Assembly (NCBI GenBank): GCA_951406725.2
Contig: OX597830.1
Location: 11,098,001 to 11,162,000, forward strand
Source of the DNA: Octopus vulgaris
Lineage: Eukaryota
DNA: 64,000 bases
Direction of reading: 5' to 3'
The translations under genes were made by a program, and so were the position numbers. Shown in pieces: positions 47,493 to 57,736 of this stretch (position 1 is its first letter; every line of letters begins with the position of its first letter). The notes under the pieces are model-generated. The model saw only the letters and a program-made list of their open reading frames with translations, ran no database searches and was not told the origin of the DNA.

Positions 47493-47711
47493 ATTTAAGA
47501 AACACAAAAGCCGTTCGATTCACTTCAACATTTAAGTTTAATTTGTCAAAATACTTTCGTCGCTTTAAGACCGCGACCTGTTCATTGACAAAAATCCGTG
47601 CTGCACGGTTTTTTGTCAGTGAACAGATCGTGGATTTTAGCGACGAAAATATTTTGACAAATTAAACTTAGATGTTGAAGTGAATCGAACGGTTTCGTGT
47701 GTTTCTTAAAT
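47493..47711. repeat. Near-perfect 219-bp palindrome with hammerhead-like arms
   Basis: Arms pair end to end around ccgtgctgcacgg. Confidence 0.9.
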
Positions 47712-48470
47712 GGCTTATAAACACCTTCCATGCTGCAATTGTTTTCGTTTCAGCACACGATCTCAGATCAAATCACTTGCTATGCAAGTACATCTCCCTA
47801 ATTCATATATTTCCTTCACAATTAGAAGCTACTACTACACATTGGTCTTTCCTCTACCTCTTAACCCCACTTTCCTCTATCTTTTACACTATAATACCTT
47901 TCTCTCTCTATCCCTACTCCTACTTTCTCCACTGACCACTGACTGACCTATATCTTAATTTTTCTTCTTTTCTTTTTTCTTTATTCCCTTCAGGGTTTTT
48001 ATTCTTTATTCTTTATTTTTTTTATTATTTTGTTATTTTTACTAATCTTCTCCTTTCTCTTTCATTCTTTCTTTCTCTCCTCTTCTTTCTCTTTATTTTT
48101 TTTTCCCCTCTTTATTTCAGTCCTCTCTTCCTGTTTTCAATTTAACCATACTAATAAACTCCCTATTTCTAGGTCAGTTTAAATACAAACCTTGACTCTG
48201 CTACACTCTATATAAATTCCCTACTGGGAATGACCAAGTTTAACAGAATCTTGCATTGCTTAAAAACTCTAAGGACTCATATTAAACTCTGTTGGACTTT
48301 TGGATTTTACTCAAAGGATGTTGGAATATTGCATATATACCACTATGCCTATAAAACGGATTTACAAATTCAATACCCATACATATCTTACATCTATTTT
48401 CTTTTCTCCACCTCACTCTCTACTTGTATCACATCAAAACTAACTATGACTTAATTTTTCCTCTCACACC

Positions 48471-48518
48471 GTCTCCGATGAAAGGATATTATTAATATCC
48501 TAGAAACAGCTGTAAGAC
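48471..48518 (+). ncRNA. Minimal type I hammerhead ribozyme, U4C variant
   Basis: gtct-CCGATGA-a-aggatatt(att)aatatcct-a-GAAA-CAGCTG-TA-agac. Confidence 0.75.
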
Positions 48519-48750
48519 CTATCTATAAAAGCTCTAATATCTATACAGCCTTGGTTTTTTATCTTATTATGCAAAAAATTCTTATGTACACACGCTGACA
48601 TAGAACCAACGTTGAACCCTTTATTTGCAATATTACCGAATCTGGAACTTAACTATGGTCTGTCTATAGCACTCATTCAGCATTACCTGACACCTTTGGG
48701 TCTCAATGGCACCATTATCTCCTATATATATATATATATATATATATACC

Positions 48751-48790
<40 letters not shown>

Positions 48791-49244
48791 CTCCCCTACT
48801 CCTTTCCCATCCCCTTCATTATATCATGACCACCATCTAACACTGTTTTCATTCTCTCCTTTTCTTTCCTTCTTTCTTTCTTTCCTCACCTATTCCTTTT
48901 GACCATTCCCCTCTTTTTTTACATACATATCTATTCTCTTCTCTCTATCCACTTAATACTACCTCTACATTCTCAAAATTTCATTCACACCACAAGACCC
49001 CTTTGACTGAACAGCACTTTTAATTTGCCAAAGCAAAATATGAACTCCTATTGGAATTTACATATCATGGACAAGAAGCATTTCTACACATCGCTTTCTT
49101 TGGATAATGGAACTGCAACTATACATATATTTTTATTTTTACTTATTCTCTTATTTCCCTCTATACATCTTATTTCCATCCTTTTCCAAAACAACACCTT
49201 TACATTGAACTCTTATATTTCCCTCTGTTTAACCATTTCACATT

Positions 49245-49292
49245 GTCTCTGATGAAGGGATATCCCTAATATCCCAGAAACAGCTGTAAGAC
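49245..49292 (+). ncRNA. Minimal type I hammerhead ribozyme, intact core
   Basis: gtct-CTGATGA-a-gggatat(cccta)atatccc-a-GAAA-CAGCTG-TA-agac. Confidence 0.88.
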
Positions 49293-49359
49293 TAACTTTC
49301 TCTTTATAAATGTCCTGAAAATTCCACATAGCCTTGGCTTTGTTGTCACATTTTATTTA

Positions 49360-49393
<34 letters not shown>

Positions 49394-49609
49394 TATGTGA
49401 AATAGAAAGATGAATAATCTTGTAGTAGATTAATCAAAGGTTTAACCGATACCTTAGTAGCAAAAATCACAGCAGTAAATAGCACGGTTGGAGGTACAAC
49501 CATATGGTGTTGCAACCGTGCGTTAGTGCGGATAATTGAAATTAAAACATTATTGGTGAATTGAAGAAATGGAGCTGAACGCAGATTGAACAGAAATCGT
49601 TTTATTTCA

Positions 49610-49689
49610 TTCTACACATGTTTCGAAAGGCACAAATTACCAAAATCCGATTGAATAATGGGACCATATTGTGCCTTTCTCTTCAGGAA
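49610..49689 (-). ncRNA. Type I hammerhead ribozyme in the left arm (opposite strand)
   Basis: Reverse complement of the 49900 motif; stem III reads CATGTG, one CpG-type change. Confidence 0.8.
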
Positions 49690-49899
49690 GAAAATAGGAA
49701 ATCCGTTGGAAAAACAAAAACAGAACAGAGGCGGAGCAAAAACAAATCGAACTATGCTCCTAAGAGCCCATGGTGAAACTGTTTATCAGTGTATGTTGAG
49801 AACCGGTGGCTGAAGAATTTAACGGGTCAGGCATCGGTCAATCATGTTTTTGCTCCGCCTCTGTTCTGTTTTTGTTTTTCCAACGGATTTCCTATTTTC

Positions 49900-49979
49900 T
49901 TCCTGAAGAGAAAGGCACAATATGGTCCCATTATTCAATCGGATTTTGGTAATTTGTGCCTTTCGAAACACGTGTAGAA
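49900..49979 (+). ncRNA. Type I hammerhead ribozyme in the right arm of a fold-back element
   Basis: ttc-CTGAAGA-gaaaggcacaa...ttgtgcctttc-GAAA-CACGTG-TA-gaa. Confidence 0.88.
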
Positions 49980-50835
49980 TGAAATAAAACGATTTCTGTT
50001 CAATCTGCGTTGAGCTCCATTTCTTCAATTCACCAATAATGTTTATATTTATATATATATATATATATATAAAGGAAAGATAGTGTTTGGGTGTGAGTAC
50101 AGTATTTTTTTTTTATGTTTTAATCATCATTTAATGTCTGTTGTCTATGCTGGCATGGGTTGGAATGTGTGACCAGGTTTGGCAAGTTGGAGTGCTGCAC
50201 CAGGCTCCAGTCCGATTTAGCAGGATTTCTATGGCTAGATGTCCTTCCTAACACTAACCACTATGTGCTGGGTGCCTTTACATGGCAACACATGGGTGCT
50301 TGTACATAGCTTTCTGACTGGATATTCTATGAAAGACTTCAATTGAATATAATTTAAGTAAAATACTTTACTTTTACTTTTTACTTGTTTCAGTCATGTG
50401 ACTGTGGCCATGCTGGAGCACCGCCTTTAGTCGGGCAAATCGACCCCCAGGACTTATTCTTCGTAAGCCTAGTACTTATTCTATCGGTCTCTTTTGCCGA
50501 ACTGCTAAGTTACGGGGACATAAACTCACCAGCATTGGTTGTCAAGCAATGTTGGGGGGACAAACGCAGACACACATACATATATATATATACATATATA
50601 CGACGGGCTTCTTTCAGTTTCCATCTACCAAATCCACTCACAAGGCTTTGGTCGGCCTGAGGCTATAGTAGAAGATACTTGCCCAAGGTGCCACGCAGTG
50701 GGACTGAACCCAGAACCATGTGGTTGGTAAACAAGCTACTTACCACACAGCCTTGTAAAATGTTTAATTTACTTAATCTATTCCTTGAAAATCTCTATAC
50801 CTTCAAACTTAAGCCTACTTGTTTTTGTTTTTTAG

Positions 50836-51017
50836 GATTTCTTTTCATTTGTGGTATTATATTTTGGGTGACCACTTCTTTGATACTTGTGTTTAAAAGA
50901 GAGAAACCTGAGACTGATTCAATGAATCTTGGCATCGTTGCTACTTACAAAGTGCTGATAAAAGTAATTCAGTTGCCAGCTGTCTTTTCACTTAGCTTAA
51001 TATTCCTTACTTCAAAG
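50836..51017 (+). CDS. SLC33A1: SLC33A1 coding exon 3
   Basis: ttttag acceptor; FLFICGIIFWVTTSLILVFKRE...IFLTSK; AAG|gtaaat donor. Confidence 0.92.
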
Positions 51018-51901
51018 GTAAATAATACTTTTCTTCATTCTTCTATTTACCATTGATATTCTATGCTGGCACACATCCTTTTCTGACTTGTAAGAGACAT
51101 TCAGTGGCACCTGACATCCATTTATCCGACTTCCACTTCTTATAACAGGTTCTGAGTACTTTCTCATCCTACAGGTAGAGACCCTTTGTAAATACATGTA
51201 CTTATCAGTTTTGATCCCTTTCTTTTATATAACAGATGTTTTTAATTCCCAGCTACTTTCTTACCTCAGTTTTTTGCTGTTTGTCTAAAGCTCATTCCAT
51301 TCTCAACTCATTGTTCACACCCAATGCTTTTCATATTTCTAGCATATGCTTCAGTTCCTTGGTCTTTGGGAAAATGTTTATGGCTAATAGATATAGAAAC
51401 TTCTTTAACCTCTGTTTCGTTTTTACTATAAGCTCTGTACGTACATTAGAACCTCTTCCTGCTTTTATCATTGTCACCTAAGTAACATAAACTGTCTAAT
51501 TCTTGGAGACCATCTGAAAAATCCCTAGTGATTGAAAAATTGAATAGCTATGTTCAGTTGTCCCCTTCTGTCTACCAAAGATTTCATAGGAGTAACTGTA
51601 TATCCATTGCTTATATTAAGTGCATAGTATTCACTTGCGATTAAGTATTTTCTTGCTTATGCAACCCAACCCTTAGCACTTGGTTTGTGCCTTTAGTTAC
51701 TAATTAGTACTTTATTTAAAGGTTCTCAAGTGCACACCTTATCGTTGCATTGGGAAGGGCATCCAGCTGTAGAAACCTTGCCAGATCAAATTGGAGCCAG
51801 GTGCAACCCTCCTGACTTGCCAGTCCCCCACTCAAACCATCCAACCCATGCCAGCATGGAAAATGGACGTTAATCGATGATGATGATGATGGTGGTGGTA
51901 G

Positions 51902-51932
<31 letters not shown>

Positions 51933-51941
51933 GATGATGTA

Positions 51942-51986
<45 letters not shown>

Positions 51987-52028
51987 GGCTATTTTCACCT
52001 GTAAGTCTTCCTGAACATTCTCTTTCAG

Positions 52029-52213
52029 ATCGGTTTTGCTGCTTGTGATTCTTTGACGGGATTGAAACTGATTGAAGCAGGTATTCCAAAAGAACAGCTA
52101 GCATTATTTGCCATTCCTCTCATACCAATCCAGATAATTCTTCCACTTGTAATCAGCCGCTATACAAATGGTCCTAGACCTATGGATATTTACTTGAAAG
52201 CTTTTCCATGCAG
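52029..52213 (+). CDS. SLC33A1: SLC33A1 coding exon 4 (absent from the ORF track)
   Basis: tttcag acceptor; IGFAACDSLTGLKLIEAGIPKEQLALFAIPLIPIQIILPLVISRYTNGPRPMDIYLKAFPC; AG|gtaatc donor. Confidence 0.95.
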
Positions 52214-52372
52214 GTAATCTCTTTAAAGATTATAAATTATGTGCACTATTTTGTTGCAATAACATTTTATTGAGACTTATGAATGGAGGAATTGCATTGT
52301 AAAGTTGGCAACTAAAATCCATATTTTTGGTCTTTTGCTTCTCTATTTGCATTTCTTGGCATAAAAAATGTA

Positions 52373-53634
52373 TTGGGTTGGCCAAAAAGTCTGTTCGGTC
52401 TTTTTTTAGTATCAACTGTCCAGTCTTCTTTAGTCACTGTTCCGATATTCTTTTTCTTTAGAAACTGTATTCGGTATAATGACCAAGGTTACATCAATGT
52501 GTAACAAGCCTCAAAGGAGAGAGATTGCAACTTGTTTGATTGCATTTGAGCCTAGACATGGAAGACCGGGCGAAGCACTATCGGCATCTTATGCTTTTTT
52601 ATTTCAGAAAAGGAAAGAAAGTAACAGAAACTTGCCGAAAGTTATGCAATGTGTATGGAGAGAATGCTGTTTCAGAAATGGTTTGCTCGATTTCGATCAG
52701 GGAATTTTTCAGTAAGAGATGCACCTCACTCTGGCCGGCAAAAAGAAATTGACATCGACCAACTGAGAGCTGTAGTCAAACAAGACTGCAGTCTTACGAC
52801 CAGACAAATCGCAGATATTCTTAACATATCCAAAACAAGTGTGGAAAATGAATTGCATAAACTTGGCAACGTTTCTAAACTTGATGTTTGGGTTCCCCAT
52901 AAATTGACAGAAGCAAATCTTGTCCAGAGGGTTTCCATTTGTGATTCATTACTGAAAAGGGAAAACAACGAACCCTTTTTGAGAAGAATTGTTACTGGAG
53001 ATGAAAAGTGGGTAGTTTACAATAATGTGAAAAGAAGAAGATCATGGAAAAAAGCAGGGGATTCTCCAAAACGAACACCCAAAGCAGGTCTTCACCCAAA
53101 GAAAGTTCTATTATCGATATGGTGGGATTGGAAGGGTGTTATCTTTTTTGAACTTCTTCTCTTGAATAAAAGCATCAATTCAGAGGTTTATTGTGAAAAA
53201 CTGGATATATTAAACACGGCTCTTCAAAAACGTCCAGAACTGGTGAATGGCAAAGGCCATGACAACGCAAGGCCACAAAATTGCTTTGATTACTCAACAG
53301 AAGTTGCTGCAGCTTGAGTGGGAAGTTTTGCCTCACCCTCCGTACTCTCCAGATCTGGCCCCATCAGATTTCCATCTGTTTCGGTCACTGCAAAATTCAT
53401 TGAATGGAAAAAATTTTAATTCTGATGAAGACGTGAAAACTTTCTTGGAAAATTTTTTGGCTAATAAAGAACCTAAATTCTTCGAACAGGGGATTAAGGA
53501 TCTACCCAACAGGTGGCGAAAAGTTATAGAAGCAAATGGTAACTATTGTATTGATTAAATACATTTTTCACAATTGTTTACTTTGTTTTGATTTTCACCT
53601 AAAAACAAACGAACTGACTTTTTGGCCAACCCAA
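52373..53634 (+). mobile_element. Full-length mariner element with frameshifted transposase (about 52558-53558)
   Basis: TA-flanked TIRs TTGGGTTGGCCAAAAAGT; WVPHKL, TGDEKW, HDNARP and [16 protein letters not shown] motifs; two frameshifts; lies in SLC33A1 intron 4. Confidence 0.95.
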
Positions 53635-55377
53635 TACAAGTGATTTCATGGACATTTCATTTTCCATCAAAATCAAATTCGACAACTGGCATCTGTGCTA
53701 GCGGGGTGCAAAGAGCTCCATACGAGCATGATCGTTGACAGAGCAGCTAACCGGCTTCCGTGCCAGTGGCATTTAAAGGGCACCATTCGAGCATGATCGT
53801 TACCAGTGTCGCCTTACTGGCACCTGTGCCGGTGGCATGTGTAAAAAGATTCGAGCGAGGTCATTGCCAGCACCGCCTGACTGGCCTTGTGCCGGTGGCA
53901 CGTAAAATGCACCCACTACACTCTCGGAGTTGTTGGCATTAGGAAGGGCATCCAGCTGTAGAAACTCTGCCAGATCAAGACTGGAGCCTGGTGCGGCCGT
54001 CTGGTTCGCCAGCCCTCAGTCAAAATCGTCCAACCCATGCTAGCATGGAAAGCGGACGTTAAACGATGATGATGATGAACAAGGACTCTGATATTAACAT
54101 AATGAATTACAGATTGTAGACTCAGTCTTTTCTCTTGCCCTTCATCCTGTTGTGCTTTATCTAAACATAAAAAATTTTTCCATTTATACTAAAATTATTA
54201 TCATAAAACGGTAAAAGAAAGTCATATTACAATATGGAATAGTTTCAAATTTAATCATCATCATCATCATTTAGCGTCCGCTTTCCATGCTAACATGGGT
54301 TGGATGGTTCAACTGGGGTCTGGGAAGCCAGAAGGCTGCACTAAGGCCCCAGTCTGATCTGGCAGTGTTTCTACGGCTGGATGCCCTTCCTAACGCCAAC
54401 CACTCCGTGAGTGTAGTGGGTGCTTTTACATGCCACCGGCACAGGTGCCAGATGAGGCTGGCAAACGGCCATGATTGGATGGTGCTTTTTACATTCCACC
54501 GGCACGAGGCCAGTCAGGGCGGCACTGGCAACAGCCACGTTCGGATGGTTTTTTTTACGTACCACAACAATAATAGGGAGATTAAAAGACTGGTCTTATG
54601 TCCACATGGTCACAAGTTCAAACATAAGTACTTCGTTGTGTTATACCTCTGAGCAAAGGACATATTTTTGCTTGTTTCAGTTAATGTGATTGATAATTGA
54701 TAAACCTTCTATTAAGAGGGATTATTAAGAGGATAAACAATCACCTGTAATAATTATTGTAAGCAAAACTACCTTAGTCATTCTAGTGTAGAAAATAAGC
54801 TAAAATTTTATTACTGAAATATCTGAGTTCCATGTGTTCCACCCAGCCAAATCAATAGCAAAAACAATTAGCATATTTAAAGAAAAACAAGTCATCACAT
54901 CTGCTTTATTACACTCAAGTCACTAAATTTAATCAAATGACCATCCACACACATATATAAAATCTAATGTACCCACCACCTAATTCAAGTTCATGTGATA
55001 CAAAAAAATTTTCGTTTACATAGGTTCAATATCTTTCTTCTTGACTTCCCAAAGATTATCTGTTCTTCCCCACTCTCTTTCTCTCTGCTACTGCTCTGAA
55101 GTCAGGTTCGCATCTGACTCGTCTGTGAAGAATATATGCCTAAACTTTCTACTAATTAAGACAGTCTTGCTTAGAAACTTAGTTTTATTAGTATCGTTTC
55201 CTGCCCTTTATCTGCACATATTAAGCTGATGCAGGGCCAGAAATATTTGTTGTTTTAAACAATATTTACCATCTAAACTTTGTTCTCACTAGAATTCATC
55301 ACTACATATCTAAAGCACTTACTTCCGAAACAGAAACCAATTTCTGTTTGTCTGACTTGCTCTGCTGGAACCTTTTA

Positions 55378-55665
55378 GATACTACCTTCCTCAAACATCA
55401 CCATCATCATTACCATGGAATTTACCATGCTACGCCAGACTTCACGGTCCATCATGGCATTACGGAGGTCCTGTTGCTGGATGCCTTTATCCCTGGAGAT
55501 TACATCAGGGTAGGAGAGTGTGCGCCCTCTGGTATCGCGAGCAGATGGCTTCCAGAGGAGAAGAGTAGAAATTGCCTCGTTTTCAGCTCTACAACAATGT
55601 CCAGCAAACTGAACTCTTCTACCTTTCACAAGAGATGACACAGGTGGTAATTTCCCATATATTTG
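55378..55665 (-). mobile_element. RTE-like LINE 3' end
   Basis: RRVQFAGHCCR...LLLWKP...RGR...AMMDREVWR. Confidence 0.8.
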
Positions 55666-55903
55666 CATACACCAAGAGCCTACACAGGATTACAATGAGC
55701 AACATGGCATGAAGGCAATACAAAACCAGTTCTGAACTTTGTGACAATCCACTTCCAATAACAATCATATCACAAATATGAAAATTAAGTTTTATTTGTC
55801 TCTATTGGAAAAATAAACATTGATGTAGTGCATTAGTTGTTGCTCTGAAAATCTACTTTGTTAAAAGTTTGGAAGGAAGATCTATGTTTACATTGATCAA
55901 CCA

Positions 55904-56185
55904 ACTTGACTTGACTTGACTTGACAGCATTCACCCGGGGTGGGTTGAGCTGACTTCATTCATCCTCAATGCTGCATCTCTCACAAACGCCGACCAGGCC
56001 TGACGATTTGAGGCTAACGACCGCATGATCTCCAACCACTCCTTATTCCAGAGGCGAATGCCATAGATATGGGGGTCTAGGTTGGGTTCCAGATCAGCCT
56101 TGACTCTCATCAGCCAGGTTTTTCGTTGTCCACCACATTGCTTTCGCCAACCCTGAAGGGTTGATGCAAAACACGAGGATAAAGT
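55904..56185 (-). mobile_element. RTE-like LINE 3' end with (CAAGT)n tail
   Basis: GGQRKTWLMRVKADL...LASNRQAWSAFVRD. Confidence 0.82.
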
Positions 56186-56285
56186 CGAAAAATTTACTTT
56201 AAAATATGGAATCATGTTTATTGGAAGTTACTTGTTGGATGTGTCCAAATTTGCTCACATATTTTTTTTTTGTTTTTCCTAACAG

Positions 56286-56406
56286 GCTTCTTATGGCAAT
56301 ACCATATGCAGGTCTTGTTTATATGGCAAATCATGTTCAGACAGAACCCGGAGTTTTCCCCGCATACTTTTATTTGATTACCATAACCTTTTATGCCTTA
56401 CATCAG
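56286..56406 (+). CDS. SLC33A1: SLC33A1 coding exon 5; the gene continues past the window
   Basis: aacag acceptor; LLMAIPYAGLVYMANHVQTEPGVFPAYFYLITITFYALHQ; CAG|gtacgt donor; phase matches exon 4. Confidence 0.9.
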
Positions 56407-57121
56407 GTACGTTTTGTAGAAAATTTTTTAATTAATTGTAATGATAGTTTTATGACTTTCACAGATGTTATTTAGATTTATTTAATTCATTTACATGATT
56501 TACTCACAAATACAGTTTCCTAATTCATAAATGTATATATGCGCATATGTATGCTTATATACATATGTATATCAGATGCCATGATAGATTGTTAGCCACT
56601 ACACACATTTTTTCTGTGTCCCTTTCTGTAGAAGAGCGTAGGCTCGAGACGTAAAAGACTTTTTCTATTCCCGAGCGTTATACTAATATATCTGTTTGTT
56701 TTGTATACTAATATATCTGTTTGTTTTTTTCATAAATTCTCCCTATGTATATATGGATTGTATGTGTATACATGTATGTGTGATAGGTATATGTATGGTT
56801 ATGTAGATATGTAATTGATATTGTTGCTATGTTGTCTTCAGTTCTAGCTTACTGCATGACACTTTAGTCAAGTGCCTTATATATATATATAAATAAACAC
56901 ACACACACACACGCACATGTGGGCAGACGGGTGCAAAGAAGGGGAAGAAAATGGTACTCAAATACCAATGGTAGAGGAAATAGTATTGTATTTTATTGAA
57001 GCTGAAAAGACTTCAAGAACGGTAACCAATTATCAGGCAGTCATGAGTATCCAGAACAATACAATAGTTTAAAAGTATTTATAAGTATTCACCATTACCA
57101 ACTCACCAAATAGACATTTAA

Positions 57122-57342
57122 CCCTTTAGTGTTCACATTATTCTACCAAAATTAATGCTTTTTTATCCACATTGTTTTGAACTAATCATGCATTATCTTG
57201 TAGCTATGAGATTTTGATGAGGTAGCTGTTAATTTTTAAAATGATATTGTAGGGTTGGTGTGAGAGACCAGATCTGGCCAGTTTGAACATAAAACAGGCA
57301 GAATACTTTTGGCCGGATATGGCCGGTTTAAATGCTAAAGGG
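57122..57342. mobile_element. piggyBac-like MITE
   Basis: TTAA|CCCTTTAG ... CTAAAGGG|TTAA. Confidence 0.8.
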
Positions 57343-57519
57343 TTAAAGCTGATTGGGTGATTTTTTTTCAAAATGATGGGAATCTGTTGGATGAAAGCAA
57401 TTGACCATAATGAAATAAATAGCTATTAAGGTGAGTTGAATAAAAATTAGAAATCGTCCATCCTCATAGAAACAAGTATTAAAAAATACACAGAATGAGA
57501 AAGAACTTATAACGAAAGA

Positions 57520-57736
57520 CCTGGCTGATGACAGTCAAGGCTGACCTGGAACCCAACCTAGGCCCCCATATCTACGGCGTTTGCCGCTGGAATAAGGAGT
57601 GGTTGGAGATCACGAGGTCGTTAGCCTCGAATCACCAGGCCTGGTCGGCGTTTGTGAGAGATGCAGCATTGAGGATGAATGAAGACAGCTCAACCCACCC
57701 CGGGTGAATGCTGTCAAGTCAAGTCAAGTCAAGTCA
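57520..57736 (+). mobile_element. Second copy of the same RTE 3' end, with a long TSD
   Basis: aagaacttataa(c/g)gaaaga flanks both sides; (CAAGT)n tail. Confidence 0.88.

Larger units (their letters stand above)
46570..49360 (+). mobile_element. Penelope-like element 3' portion: GIY-YIG endonuclease remnant (about 46672-47110) and tandem hammerhead-bearing tails
   Basis: NVIYKC...IYIGSTKNFKQRYATHLHSFR...STTLANHI...WSIL...CKLCL; repeated tails end near 48560 and 49340. Confidence 0.8.
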
